NCBI RefSeq assembly: GCF_018977255.1
Contig: NW_024704742.1
Coordinates: 3,164,001-3,224,000 of the forward strand
DNA length: 60,000 nt
Direction: 5' to 3'
DNA from: Callorhinchus milii
Taxonomy: Eukaryota
Every line of letters starts with the position of its first letter. Positions within the stretch are counted from its first letter, which is position 1. The notes beneath the pieces are model-generated. The model did not search any database. It was not told where the DNA came from and saw nothing but the letters and a program-made list of their open reading frames with translations. Both the position numbers and the translations under genes were made by a program. This document shows, one piece after another, positions 24,607 through 38,160 of the stretch.

Positions 24607-25159
24607 ACGTCTCCCAGATGGAGACTGTGGAGCATACGTAGCAATGGGGGTATTTGAGTGAGGTTTAAGGTTTCCCAGTGCGTGCTTGTGTTTCCTACCC
24701 TTGGGGCCTGCTTTTTCGTTCAGTCAAGTGGCTATTCCGATCCTTTGATAGGGTTTACAAAAAAAATGAAGGGTGATCAAATGATCACATTCAATTCTCT
24801 GAATCAATGGAAAAACAGCCCTGCTCAGCAGTACAATAAATATTACCATAAATGCTGTGAAGCAACAGTGATCCTCTGATCGCCTATCACTTGATTTGAC
24901 CCTAAAGCCCCCCACCTCCGCTCCCAATTCTGTGTGCGATTGGCTCCTGTTCTTTCCACAGTTGTTTGCACGTATTATCAGCTTATAACAATATTATCTT
25001 TTCATATATAAAACCTTGGCAGTAACGGCGTGATAGGTTTCTTTCCTTTGACCGTGCTAAATAATCATTGTTTCAGCCACGCTCCCTGCACCTCGTGCCA
25101 AGTGAGTTGGAACCCTCTCCTCGCAAGCGAGGAACGGGGTGGGGGGGGTGGGTGGGGGG

Positions 25160-25470
25160 GGGGTTCTATTCCCAGTCGGGGTGAAACGTTGGGCAAGTTT
25201 CCTTACTCCACACGCCTCTGTTTACCGAGCAGTAAGTCGATTGGCGGATCGCTTTTCCGTGGGGGTAATAATTCCATCACAAAAAATAATAATAAATTGG
25301 TCACTCAGTCCGCGACCGTTTGTGGGGACGCTGCTCTGCGTAACTGGCTGCCGTGCCTCGCCCACAAAAATATGCAGTCAATTCACTTCACAGTGTATTC
25401 TGCGAAGCCCTTTGAGACGTCTCGAAGACATGATGAGGCGCTGTATCAAATGCAAGGATTATTGTTATTA
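25160..25470 (+). mobile_element. tRNA-derived SINE subfamily B
   Basis: GGGCAAGTTTCCTTACTCCACACGCCTCTGTTTACC...GTCGATTGGCGGATCGCTTT... and tail ATCAAATGCAAGGATTATT. Confidence 0.85.
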
Positions 25471-25669
25471 AGTCAGTGGCTCTGGTTTGGTTAAACAAAC
25501 TAGCCACATGCACAGTTTGTCTTTCATTACTGGCCAGGCAGAGCAGAGTTTGTGTGTGGTGGAAGAGGATATTTTGGTACCACGTTTTAAGTTACGAATT
25601 GCAATGCCTTTTTTTTTTCAAATTGTCTCAAACGGGTCCTGGCGAACAACTGTCTGTTCTACGTTAAAA

Positions 25670-25975
25670 TTGACCTCATTCACTTTGTGGCTGTTTGTGA
25701 GACATTGGCGGACGCAAATTGGCTACTGGGTTCAAACCACAAAATACCCGGTAATTGCACTTTACGGTAACTGCTGTGAAATGCTTTGAGGTATCCTCCA
25801 GACAGGGACACTCATAAAGTGCAAGGGTTATTATAATAAAATGATAATAATCCTTGCATTTAACATAGTGCCTTATTGGGTCGTTGAAACATCTCAAAGC
25901 GCTTCACAGAACACAGTGTAAAGTGCGTGTCTATTTTGTGTGTGTATTTTGTGACTGCATTTTGTGGGTGAAATC
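25670..25975. mobile_element. Two SINE 3' fragments tail-to-tail (+ 25670-25840, - 25845-25975)
   Basis: + tail ...AAGTGCAAGGGTTATTAT abuts the minus tail ATAATAATCCTTGCATT. Confidence 0.7.
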
Positions 25976-27590
25976 ACGATAATAAATTAAAACAGCGTTT
26001 AGAAAGCTCGGCAGGTTTGGTCTGGTCATTTGTGTAAATTCATTGTTTCTAAATGTCTCTGGAACGACTGTTTGAAGTTTATCGCGAGGAGGTTAGGAGG
26101 ACAGACCATCCCATTCCCTAACTCCATCTCAGATGCCTGGATTAATCTGTGGTTCTGAATTGATTTTCTAATCCTGAATTTGCGGGCGTGCGTCTGACTG
26201 TTGAAAACGCTTCCTCTTCAATCAGGTTGATGGTCGCCTCTCCCTTCTCCCTTGCTCAACGCTATACAGTTGCGAGTTGCTTTTTTTTTGGGTGTTGGTA
26301 TGTGGATGAGAAAAAGGTGAGGTCCAGATATCAGAGGCTTCAAATGCCAAGACCAGCTGAATGAATGGACTGTTTCTTTAACTCTGTCCACTGTGGATTT
26401 TTTACATGTCTAGGGATCTTGTCACTTTAGTGATAGTGTCACGGAAGACAAGCACTATGGTCCGTGATTGATGACTACGGACCCGATTGATTATTAAACA
26501 CTTAATCAAATAATCATTGTCAGGATTCCTGTGTTACACTGGAGATCCTGTTAATCCAAACAGCCCAATGACAGCTAATACTGTGGCTAATGGTCTGTAA
26601 TAATACAAATCCATTAGCTGGACCTCGTTGACAAGAATTTAAAGAATGGGTCATACCAATCATTTTTTACAAACACACCCCTTTTCCTTTCCAGCGCTGC
26701 CTTCATATTTTCTGTAAATTATTGTTGAAACCTTCTCAGGATCACGTGAAAGTTCAGAGTTCCAGGCTAAGTGCCATGTGATGGAAAACCCGCACAAAGG
26801 AGAGAGTGAAAGTTAATTAAAACTATTTCTAAACCCAGACACTCAGTTCCAGCTAAGCTCTTAACGCAACCACTACCATAACTATCTGGTGCGGCGCATT
26901 ATATCCCTCGCTGATAACAGTCCATTAGTTAAGACCAGTTTAGACAGCGAGCCATTTTGTTTATGTTCTTAAACACAGAGGAAATGCAAATCCTTTGCGT
27001 TTCTCTGCTGGGGGAAAAAAAAGTGCTTACGGATCTGTGCAAGATCACAGAAACCGCCTGCTTTTCGTGACCTTTTAGCCTCTTAGTGAAAGAGATGGAA
27101 TGCTGAGTACATTTGGAGATCGCAGGTAGACTGTACGTTGGGAGGTTAATTCCTCCATTTACCACAGCACTCACAACTAATGAATCCACGTTCCATCAAG
27201 CGTGTGTGGGCAAATGGCATGCGTACTTGCCTATCGGTCACTTGGCGAGCTGGCTGTTGGGTACAATTGCCTTTTTTTAAAAAATATTAGTTTCTTGATA
27301 TTATCTCTCTCGCTTTCCTTCCTGTTTTCTCCCCGTCGGCCACTCACAATCTACGGCGCCGAGGGAGGGAGGCAGGCAGGGGAAGCCTGTTCTGCTAATG
27401 CCGGTGTAAATCCGAATACTAGGAGACAGCCCAGGGTCAGAGACAGCTCAGGAAGTATCTCTCCCTCCCTGAGGAGAAGCAAACAGGCTCTACCTGATGT
27501 CTTCTCACAGTGGAAAATTGGGAAGTCAGCATGTGAGGTACCAGCATCCTGATTCCAGGCGCTATTACACTATAATGTGAAAACTGTAAA

Positions 27591-27909
27591 AGTTCTGTAG
27601 CTCAGTGGTTAGAGCACTCGCTTTGCAAGCGAGACACCCGGGTTCAATTCCAGGCAGAGGGCGAAACCTTGGGCAAGTTTCCTTACTCCACACAGAGCCT
27701 AATAATAATCCTCCAAAACCAAAACAATAATAAATTGGTCATTTTCAATCCACGACTGTTTGTGGGACATTGCTGTGCGCAATTGGCTGCCGCGTTTCGC
27801 CCACAAATATACAGTCAATTCATTTTACAGTCTATTCTGTGAAGCGCTTTGAGACGTGCAGAAAACGTGAAAAGCGCTATATCGAATGCAAGGATTATTA
27901 TTATTATTA
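27591..27909 (+). mobile_element. Young full-length tRNA-derived SINE, subfamily A
   Basis: Same head, body and tail as 12859-13189. Confidence 0.92.
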
Positions 27910-29929
27910 ACTAATGTGCCATTATACCATAGCGTGAATCTATGCGCCATTACTCTCTGAGGCATAGGATCTTCGTGCCAGCTTCGGAATTGTTTCTCCA
28001 CATCCGTCTGAAAGTTCTCCTTTGCTTAATCCCCATCACAGCGGGAACAGAAAATCGGTTTTAGATATATTTAATAAAAAGATACGGCATCCTGCCCAAC
28101 AACCTGTTCCCCGACTCTTCCCTCCCGCCCGGACAGCGAACACGCTTTGACCGCTGTGTGAAGGGATTACAGTTAACGATAGCCCCCAGTTTAGAGTTAT
28201 GCGCTCCAAGGGACGAGTTGGAGAGATGCCCTTTTCTTTCTCCTGCAACCTGGAGGCTTTTCGCAAACCGGTTCCAAAGTCAGAGTCTTCGTGAAGTAAA
28301 TTCTCTTTAACGGTTCGCTTCTAATTTTTTTTTAGATAATTTGAGTTTGCTGTCCCTTACAATAAATGGTTTTCTCCAACGCAGCCTGTGTTCGTGTGGG
28401 TGGCTGATGATTGAAGCGATGAAACTGAGCTGAAAGTGACATTTGAGTCATTCAAAAGAAAACGTATGGCTTGGGTAGAGAGACACTGATCATTTCTAAA
28501 CCCTGCTGGCTGATGCTGTGTGAGACATCCTCTCCATGGCATCTCTTTCATTATCCCTTCTCCTCAAAAAGTCCATTTTTTAAATAAAAAAATCAATCCC
28601 CCCGTTCATTTGTGTGTGATGATTCCCCGTTTTCATCGCTGGCCTCTGCTTCTCTGACGCCTTGTATGCACTCGTGCTCATGCACACTTTATCACTCTGA
28701 TGTCAGGTTGGTCAGAACACAGTGCCCGCAGCCCCCTTTGAAACACATTAAAACCTCAGCATCAGTCAACTGAAAAGACAAAAAAAAAGACGTATTTATC
28801 TGACAGTGATTTTTGCCATTAACACGGTCTTTTGTCATTGATTTTTTTTCAAAATCCTTTTTGAGGGGGAAACTCACAAATTGAAAGAGACGAACAATAT
28901 GAGCCCTATTGCGTTTAGGACCCGTTCGTAATTGTCATGCTTTCACGAGAGTACAAAGGGTTGCAGTGGGATGACTGACTGAGGCTCCATATTTGTACTT
29001 GGCCACATTCACGTAGAGAGAGAGAAAGAGAGAGAGAGATAGAGAAACGGCAAACGATTTTCATTTTTGTTACAGTGTGCTTTTAGACAGCTGCGGAGGT
29101 AAGGCGAGAAGACTCTTTGTCTTCTCTTGAAAAGAGCAAGAAATTGCAGGTGGCTCCGTTGCTTACAAAATAAACTCCATTCAGCCCCAATCCACACATT
29201 CTGTTATCAAAATCGGCGCCTGATCGGGAGAAAAGCATTTCAGTGGAGTGCGCGCCCGTAAAGTCACAACAGCTGACGCTTAGTTAGTTGTCAATAAAAG
29301 GCAATTGTATGTTAATTAGAGCCAAAGCAACCCTGTCGGGAAGAAATTTTGTTAGATAAGGTTTATCATTTCTTTGCGGGGTTTAGTTATCAGGTGACTC
29401 AGTTGGTAGCATTCTTGTCAATGGGTCAGAGGCTGTGGTATGAGGCACTATACAAATGTAATCTTGTTTTTGTTGTTGTTGTATCCAAATCCAATGGTGC
29501 ACTTTGATGTCATAGGCTGCGTTGGGTCTCCAAAGTCTTAACAGGGTGATGCTCTGCATTGCTACACAATAATAGATAGTAATAATCATAATAATCCTTG
29601 CGTTTGATATAGTTCCTTATCACCTCATCGAGACGCCTCAAAGCGCTTCAGAGGGTATACTGTAAAGCGGTTTTGACTCTGTGTTTTGTGGGCGAAACGC
29701 AGGTGTCGCAGTCGCTGTCGTTTGGATGAGAATTGAAGCCGAGGTCCCACGGACTTGTCTTCAGGTAGATGCTAAAGATTCTGTGGCGGTGTTTGGAAAG
29801 AGATGGGAGTTTTTCTCCTGCTGTCCTGGGCCATAAATTGGTCGTTTTACCTCATTGGCTGTTTGTGTGACTTTGCTATCCACTTGCCCATAAACAAAAA
29901 AAGTCACTGCAGACCAGAACTATAAGCAG

Positions 29930-30720
29930 TACGCACCTCAACCGGAGTAATATTGCAATCAGTTTGAGTACGATGTGCGGGTATCTGAACGCTACTAATT
30001 TAGCAATATAGGTCAGTATCTTGTCTGTCTTGTCGGCCTTCCCGACTCCTCCCTCCACAGGTTGTAGATAATCCAGAACTCTGCAGCCCGTGTCCTCTCC
30101 CGCACCAAACTCCGTGATCCCATCTCCCCCACTCTCGCCCGACTCCACTGTCTCCCTATCCTTCAGAGGATCCAGTTCAAGATCCTGGTCCTCACATACA
30201 AAGCCCTTCATGGCCTCGCCCCACCCTACCTCTGCGACCTCCTAACCCCCTAACAACCTGCCCGCTCCCTCCGCTCAGCCGGCTCTGGCTGCTCCACGTC
30301 CCCCGACCCACCCGCCCCATTGGTGGGAGAGCCTTCAGCCTCTCTGCCCCCAACCTCTGGTATTCCATCCCCCAGTCACTCACTTCGCCCCCTCCTTAGC
30401 CTCCTTCAAGTCCCGACCTTCTCTTCGACCATGCCATCGGCCACCCACCTTCCCCTCCCCTCCCTTACCCCCCCAACCCCAGCTTAGGTCTGAAATGCTG
30501 TACACTGTCCAGCGCCTTGGGATGTCCTCCCGACGTGAAAGGCGCTATACAAATGTAATCTTGTTGTTGTTGTTGTCTTACTCTTTGCTTCCTCACACTG
30601 TTTTGGTACAGTGAGCCATCAGTTATCTGAACACCCCTAGATCACTTTCATCTGCCCCTTGGCAAGTTCTTTTGCCATCCATGAAATTCCTATGTTTCTT
30701 ATTCTTGCATCCTATACGTA
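29930..30720 (-). mobile_element. CR1 ORF2 relic split by an L2 insertion
   Basis: Minus strand reads ...DLGV... (near 30640) and KTDKILTYIAKLVAFRYPHIVLKL (30030-29950), CR1-type 'KANRxLGxIxR...ILxLY'. Confidence 0.65.
30032..30573 (+). mobile_element. 5'-truncated L2 LINE
   Basis: GLPDSSLHRL*IIQNSAARVLSRTKLRDPISPTLARLHCLPILQRIQFKILVLTYKALHGLAPPYLCDLL...GGRAFS; (TTG)n tail; flanking TGTCTT duplication. Confidence 0.92.
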
Positions 30721-31009
30721 ATACTGTGCATTTATCTTTATCAAACAAAGAAATCAAACAAATTACAATTGTGTAGCGCCTTTCACGTCAGGAGGACATC
30801 CCAACTTGAACTTCATGTGCCAGTTATCAGCTCATGTGCATTTCCTATCAAGCTCTCCTTGTAGGACCTTTGCTGTCTTCTCTGATTCTACATCTCCCCC
30901 CAACTTGGAGTCACCTGCAAGTTTATCTATCTTACACTGGCACCTTTCACATTGGGAGGAAAGCTCAGAGAGCTGCACTGGATTTAATGTAGCGTGCAAT
31001 GATTGTATT

Positions 31010-31325
31010 CAGTGATTTGTTATCGCAGCAGCCAAGTTTGCACACAGCAATGTTCCACAAACAGCCGTGCTGCCTCACAGTGAATGATAATTTGCTTTGG
31101 GGGCTCGTTGACCAGGTCACCAAGGGAAACTCTCTTTTCGAATCGTGCCTCGCTATTTTTAATGTCCATCGGAACAGGCAGACGGAACCTCGGTTTAACG
31201 GCACTTCCGGCATTACAACACAACCCCAACACTGTCAATATAGACTATATGGGTTCAAACTCCTGACATGGGGCTTGAACCAGTTGACTCAGAGACGAGA
31301 GCGCTACCAACTGGGCTGACACCGA
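31010..31325 (-). mobile_element. Deu-domain SINE
   Basis: Reverse complement of Deu core (GAACAGGCAGACGGAACCTCGGTTTAACG) and head (GGGGCTTGAAC...GCTACCAACTGGGCTGACAC). Confidence 0.75.
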
Positions 31326-33089
31326 ATGGTGCTTTTTAAAAGGAGTTTTAATACTTCTTTATCGTCGGTAAATGAATGTTTCCCTCCACAGATATCTTCT
31401 CTTTTTTTATTTTCTCCCGTAAACTGTTAGAACATGTTAAATTTTCCCGAGCACCTTCAGTTATAACAGGTCGCACGGAGACCCAGATATCTGACTTCCT
31501 GAAGATCTCACAATATTTCCGTTGAAATACTAAGTGATCCGACGTTTATTCAAGTCTAAAAATAATACTCTTGACTCGATGCAAGTGCTTCTGAACACTC
31601 CACCTGTTGGATTGTGCACCACCCGTCTGCGCAACTGTTTCCGTGCGACAGGTAGCCTCGCTGCCTGCTCTGTGAACTCGTTCACTTATTCAAATCCAAA
31701 TCAGTCAAAGGACAAAAAAAAAGCGTTTCTTCCGACTATCCCCACTCGCTGCACTCTATGAAATAATAGACTTGCGTTGACGGAACTGAGTGATGCACTT
31801 CATATTTCTTTTGAGAAAGGAAAACTTTGTTTTGCAATTTTATTTTTTAAATTAAAAAAAACTGTTAAAAAAACTGTGCAGAGTTGGAAGGCGGTGGGAA
31901 TGAAACATTTCTCCGATTGAGGTTAAAGCAGTGGATAACATCCCTAAAGTGCATTTCCATTACCCGCAAGCAACTGCAAACATAAACAACAAACAAACAA
32001 ACAAACGAAATTGAATGTGAATGGGTTGAAAAATCTCTTGCTTGCTCACTCTGACAACTATTAGGGTTCCCGAGTTATGGTATTGTGGGTACTAATTGCC
32101 CAACAGGTCCGTTATTCTAACATGAGCCACTATGGTTGATTACGATCCCTGTTTTAGTCCAGGTCAAGTGTTGATCCCCTGTTATCTTCCCCATCTGAGA
32201 TCAGTTAGCTCGCAAGTATTGAACTTGTTAACAGTGCTAACTGATTCGTTCGAGTCCCAAATACTGTGGACTGTTAGCCACGAAGGACGGAGAAAAATAC
32301 CAGCCTCTGGACAGTCGTTTCATTTTACGGTTTTATTAAACCACTGCTTGTTAAATGAGAGGTAACCAGTGGAAATGTCTGCCCATATAATGGCCGTTTG
32401 AATTCGTATAAAGTAGGCTCAGTCGCATTTACTTGTCACTGAAAGAAAGACCCAAGCAACAATTTTGTAGTCAGGGCAGAGAAAATAAAAGACGGGTAAA
32501 TGGCGTGGATTTGGAGTCTAAATCATGGATTCGCAGCCGACAAGACATCTTAATGATAGATTATTAGAGGTGCTACTGAACTACTGTCTCAGCCAGTGAG
32601 GCAGACACACGCCACACAAACGGTCTCCGCTGTGGTAGATGGGTCATGCAAACTCCGAACATGTGCCTTTGCAGATTTATTATTGAGTGGGAAACATTGC
32701 TATCTCTCAGCACCGAGGCAGGTGGATGAGTCCTTTCACCTGAGGTGCTCATGGTGTGCTGAGAATGAGCTTGATAATTACTGCCATTTCTGTCTGTGCT
32801 TCTTAAATGAATCAATCGCTGCAAGTCATGAGGGTTGCAGCTATTTACTGACTAATACATGTCCTGGGAATAGCATCCTTGAGTAATGTACTGTATTAGT
32901 GTATAACATGACGATTGTGCATAGAGTTGAGGAATCCTTAGGGGACATTGGAAAATATATACAGAGAACTGGAAGGTTTTCACTAAGCAAATCTAGGTAG
33001 CTTTGGCAAGGTGTCTTCCTTTAGCTCCTGACCCTTGTGGTGAGGTTGAAAATGTGCTTGTTGTTACAGGGAATCTTAGAAGATTGCAG

Positions 33090-33370
33090 GACAGAAAGTC
33101 ATCCATTTGGCCCATTGTCTCCTTTGGTTCTTTGAAAGAGCAATCCTTTCAATCCCATTTACTTGCCTTTTCCGTGTATCCCTGTAGATTTTTTTTTCTT
33201 TTCAGATATATATTTATAGTTGCCTCTTGAAAGCTAAAATGGGTTTCGCTCTGACCGCCACATCAAACAGGGCATTCTGTACACTAACAGTTCTCTCTGT
33301 AAAACAAAATTCCTCCTAATCTTCCCCCCTCTTTTGTTCCTTTGTTAACTATTTTAAATCGATGCCCTCC
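33090..33370 (-). mobile_element. CR1 3' relic
   Basis: CCATTTGGCCCAT...CCACATCAAACAGGGCATTC...CTCTCTGTAAAACAAAATTCCTCC...TTTTAAATCGATGCCC pattern. Confidence 0.55.
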
Positions 33371-33729
33371 TCGTCATTCACTCACCAGTGGAAATCATTT
33401 CCAGTGAAAATGGTCCAGTCACTGCTCAAAACTCCTTGGTCACTATTTGGAATGAAAAAGGAGTTTCTCCTGGTGTCCTGGCCAACAATCCTCCCGATGA
33501 GATCGGTCACTCATGTGGCGGCTGGTTGTGGAACGTTGACCAGAATTTCAACCCTGGACACGTTCCCTTTTCTCACTGAGCGTCTTTCTGACATGAAGTC
33601 CGGGATGAGCCATGACTTTCTGCAGGCCAAACGTGATTCTAGCCAGTAACTGTGTGTCTGGCTTAGTTATTCAATCTCACCGGCTGCCTGTTCAGGCTGA
33701 AATAGGTGGCGGGTGACCTTATCATTCTG

Positions 33730-33965
33730 CTTTACCCTGAGTTTAGTTTCAAATCCCACACTCGGCCCAGCGTCAAGACCTCACTTTCATTTCGAGGCCA
33801 TTGCTTGCTTGAACCCTTACTTCAGCCCCACTGCTGCAAACATCCTCATTCATTCTGCTGCCACCTGAAGGATAGACTTCTCCAGTGCTTTCCTTGCCGG
33901 CCTCTCCAGCTCCACTCCACAGAAGCTTCATCTCATCCACAAAACTATGCAGCCCGGGTTCTCTC
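33730..33965 (+). mobile_element. L2 ORF2 relic
   Basis: CATCCTCATTCAT...ATAGACTTCTCCAGTGCTTTCCTTGCCGGCCTC...TGCAGCCCGGGTTCTC (LIH...IDFSSAFLAGL...AARVL). Confidence 0.65.
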
Positions 33966-34309
33966 ACACAATATAGTTCAACACCGGCAGCTGGTTTTCG
34001 TATTAATACTCGAAGATACAGAAGATACTGGCCGGATTATGAGACCACAATCCAATCAAAAGTTCAGATGACATTGTAAACCACAAGAGCAATGCTGGAG
34101 CAGTTTGTTAAGTCACCTGAAGCCTGAGATTGAATTACTTCCTGTAATCCTCCCCCACTGGTATTGTGTCTCTTTCTTTTATTTTATATGTAATTTGTTT
34201 TAACCATTTGTGGCTCCTTCTGTTTTTCTGCTGCTACCGTCGTTGGGTGGGAATGTCAAGTGCTTCAGGGTTTCACAAAGCAGTGGGTTGTTGACAAAAT
34301 AGAATAATC

Positions 34310-34920
34310 CTTTAATTTGGTATCAATACCTACAAAATCAGAAGGTCTCAAAGAACTTCTAAGATATGTAAAGTGCAGTATAAACATGACAAGTAATTTG
34401 TACGCAGCAATGTCGCACATGCAGCCACAAAGTGAATGTCCGATTGATTTGGCCAGGACACCAGGAGAAACTCCCTTCTCTTTTCGAATAGCGCTGTAGG
34501 ATCTTTAATGCCCACCTGAACAGACAAACAGGATCTCGGTTTATCATCTCATCTGAAGGAGGCTGCCTATGACAATACAGCGCTTGTTTTATTAGCCTCC
34601 TTAGCCTCCGTCAAGTCCTGCCTCAAGACCCTCCTCTTCGACCATGCCATCAACCACCCCACTTCCCCTCCCCTCCCTTCTCCCCCTCCCCCTCCCTCCC
34701 CCCGACCCCAGCTCGGGTCTGAAATGCTGTCAATGTCCAGTGCCTTGGGATGTCCTCCTGACGTGAAAAGCACTATACACATGTAATCTTGTTGTTGTTG
34801 TTCCCCCAACACTGCACTGGAGCGCTAGCCTGGACTGATCTCAAAGTTCCAATGTTGGGTTTGAACCCACAACCTTCTCAACCAAGCGGACAGGGTGCTA
34901 CTGAGTGGGAAAAGGCTGAC
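34310..34920 (-). mobile_element. Deu-domain SINE interrupted by an L2 3' end
   Basis: Deu core at 34440-34580; head resumes at 34803-34920. Confidence 0.75.
34595..34802 (+). mobile_element. L2 3' end
   Basis: Highly similar to 30390-30573, ends ATGTAATC(TTG)n. Confidence 0.85.
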
Positions 34921-37689
34921 AAATTAAGACCTACAAAGGATTTTGAATGGTGAACTGCAGAGGGATAATTTGTACAATACGAGGCCTCTATCTCACAATG
35001 TGATCTAACTTGTGGTATTTCTTAACCGAAGTACTTCATGAGAAATATGAGCGGCCCAAAGGGGAAAGGTGTCAACGAAAATGTGTGACTGTTTAGGGTT
35101 TTTTTTTGGATATACTATTGTCGCCGGCTGTGAAAGGGAGATCAGAGGACCAGTGAACTGCGAGCCCAGTCCACAGCAGCAATTGGAAGGGTTTAGGGTT
35201 AGACCATGTGGGTGTTCTCCTGCCCAGAGATGGCACACACCCCAAGGAGAAAATAATGATATTAACATGCCTTTCCGCTGCGCCCACCTGCCCTGCCAAA
35301 CACACACACACTGATATCGTGTACAGCAGCCCCGTTGTACAGGCTTATAGGGGACTGCTGCATTGATTTAGGAGGTTCTGTCGAACTCATCTTAGAGATG
35401 ATTAACAGCCTAAGCTTTTGTAATTCATAGCCGTGCTGTACAGTGTTAGTTGCTTGTCTCTTAACTCTGTTTTTATTGAAAGAGATTCAAGTCCTCCGAG
35501 ATATAATTGATTTGCTGTGACATTTATGCACTTGCAAAGGATATGGACTTACCATTTTTGTTCTATATATAATTAAATTCCGCAAGTTTGCGAGGTATAA
35601 TTGCAAGTCCATAACCGCATCAGGCACCTTATAGCTTTCTGTTAGCACCTACAAAGGAGTGGGATGTTGGGGGTGGCAGTGGGTGGGCGGTGGGGGTGGG
35701 GGAGATGCTTTTCGTTTAATGCTATAGTGAATGTTTTACTGTGACATGGCTCGGTTTCTCTGAGGATCAAACAATTTATTGATCCAAAATCTGGAACAGC
35801 GAAGTAAATAATGCAAGATCTGTGTACTTACCTCGTAGTGGTCGAGAGGCACGGGAACCTGACATTAGGAGATAATGAGAGAAATGCCGGTGCTTATAAC
35901 ATTTAGTTAGTTATCTACTTTTCCTCAGCCTTGGACATGTTAGTGCATTATTGGGTTGCTAGATTATTTGACCACTATTTGTCACTGTAACCATCACAGG
36001 ACCTTTAAGAAGATGCCAGTTTTTTCTGCTTGACTACATTATTTCAAAGTATCACATTTTTTAATATATATCAATAATACTTGGATTTGATACAGGGCCT
36101 TATCTCGTTGAAGCATCTCGAAACTTCACACAGTGAGTTTATTTTGAAGTGTGGTGGCTATTATGTTGGCAAATGCGCCAGTTAATCTTCCCCACGGCAA
36201 TGTCCCAGAAAACAGCAACACAATCAATGACCGATTAATCTGTTCAGGTTTTGTGCTCACGTTGTGTGCTCGACTTGGATTGGGAAGAGATATTGGCTGC
36301 TACACCCGGACACAATACTGCCAGGCGATCTTTAACATCCACTTCAAATATCAAACAAGACTCTTGATTTGGCATCTCATGCAAAGGATAGCATTACTGT
36401 GGCAGTTTTTCCTCACTATTGCCTGGCCTACGAGATCAAATCTCGTACTAAAGCTAAAAGCCCACGGCCTTCTGACAACGATTCCGCCACCTGAGCCAAA
36501 CTATGTCAAAGTACAAATGGAAAATGATAGAACAATATATGATCCAGTGACCTGGGTAAGCGGAGGGCACCCGTAAACGAAACTGCACTTGCACAGTCAG
36601 TCGTTTTCTTCTAAGGATCACAGTTTGCAACTCCGCTGGTAAAGCGATAGTGAGCGGGTTTCGGCGGAGTAGAGACAGCACTGTGACTCGGAGAGAAACT
36701 GCGCGGTTACAGCCAGTGAAACCCTAGACGGTGATTTAAGCTCTCCAGGGCCTGTGGGAGCTGGTGAGAGGTGTCGTGGTCAAGAGGAACCAGGGTGAGA
36801 GAGGTTCTGAACGCGAGTTCGTGTGCGTGTAGCAGTGATCGTTTCACAGAATGGCATCAGCAGGGACCATCGCCTGTCTCCCATTCAACTGCTGCAAAGA
36901 GAAGTGGAAATTCTTACTTAAAACCCATAAGCATTGTATTAATGGGGTCTAATATCTCTTAATGTGATTTATAATAAGGATTCGGAGTTGAACAGATGGG
37001 GAATTAGATGACTCCGAGCTGTAGGAACACCACTCTGATTTCACTCTGACTCGATCTACTTCCAGACTGGCGTTTCCATGGATCAGTGGGATTTCTAACA
37101 TGATTCCTTATTCCGTAAACTAGACCTCCTGTTATAGACCTTATTCAGTGTTGGCTGTACTGAGTGGAAGTCAAAGCTAAAAGCCCAGCACCACACACGC
37201 ATATATATATAATATATAATATATATAGCTTGTATTTCACTGTATAATGGTGCTGATATAACTAAAATAAACACCAGCTAATAGACTCAAATTGGTTAGC
37301 ACATTGCGTTGCTATAAAAATGGCATAAACATCATAAATAATGTTCGAAATGTAATGCTTGCCAGATTCACTGTCTGTCCGGTATTGACAGCTAGGTCTT
37401 GCTTCCAAACCATATAAGGCTGGGTTCTCGCACAGCGAGGACACGTTTCAGCACCGAGTTTCCGAGTCACACAGCAGCACGCAGAGGGTGTCTGCAGGGG
37501 AACACAAGTGAGCTGAGTCAGGCAGGGGAGAGCATCCAGGACAAATAGCAACAGGGAAGTTAGATTCAGACAGGAAGAGCGTACCGGGGACAGACAGGGA
37601 CAAAATTGGGTGGCCATCGGGGTCTCTTTATAAGTTGAAACGTACTTGTTCATTTGCCCTCAAAACCCCCAGCGTTGCAAAAGAACGGT

Positions 37690-37850
37690 TTACGACTGTT
37701 TGTGGGACATTGCTGTGCGCAATTGGCTGCCGCGTTCGCCCACAAATATACAGTCAATTCACTTTACAGTGTGTTCTGTGAAGCGCTTTGGGACGTCCTC
37801 CCGACGTGAAAAGCGCTATATCAAATGCAAGGATTATTATTATTATTATA
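37690..37850 (+). mobile_element. 5'-truncated young SINE (subfamily A tail)
   Basis: Near-identical to 13021-13180. Confidence 0.9.
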
Positions 37851-37989
37851 AATGGTTCGGGATTATCCAGAATAGTCATATTTTTTCAAAGCAGGACCAG
37901 AGCCTGCAGTTTTTTTTTGGGCTGTTCCCCTTTTTGTTTAGGATGGTGCGTGACTTTTTAAGACTTGATGTTGATGCGCGCGAAGCATT

Positions 37990-38160
37990 GGGTGCAGGTT
38001 TAAATCCCGGCCTGTGTTAGTTTAGCTGATCTCAGTTGGGGCGCGACAATATCCTTTGCGCCCTTTGGAATAAGGAGGGAATGTTCCCATTGCTGATCAC
38101 TGGCCTGTGACCTCTCCTAGAATGTATTCCACAAGAGGTAAGGGCAGGATTGGCGTGAAC
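37990..38160 (+). mobile_element. Ancient SINE-like element, family Y
   Basis: GGTTTAAATCCCGG...TTAGCTGATCTCAG resembles 44125-44330 (GGGTTCAATC...GAGTTAGCCGATCTCGG). Confidence 0.5.

Noticed and set aside
24348..24657. Repeat-protein ORFs (KGWEIL / GDIKGL / QPFNIS) or a CRISPR-like array
   Set aside because: An 18-bp tandem repeat open in several frames; no unique spacers, no cas genes, eukaryotic context.
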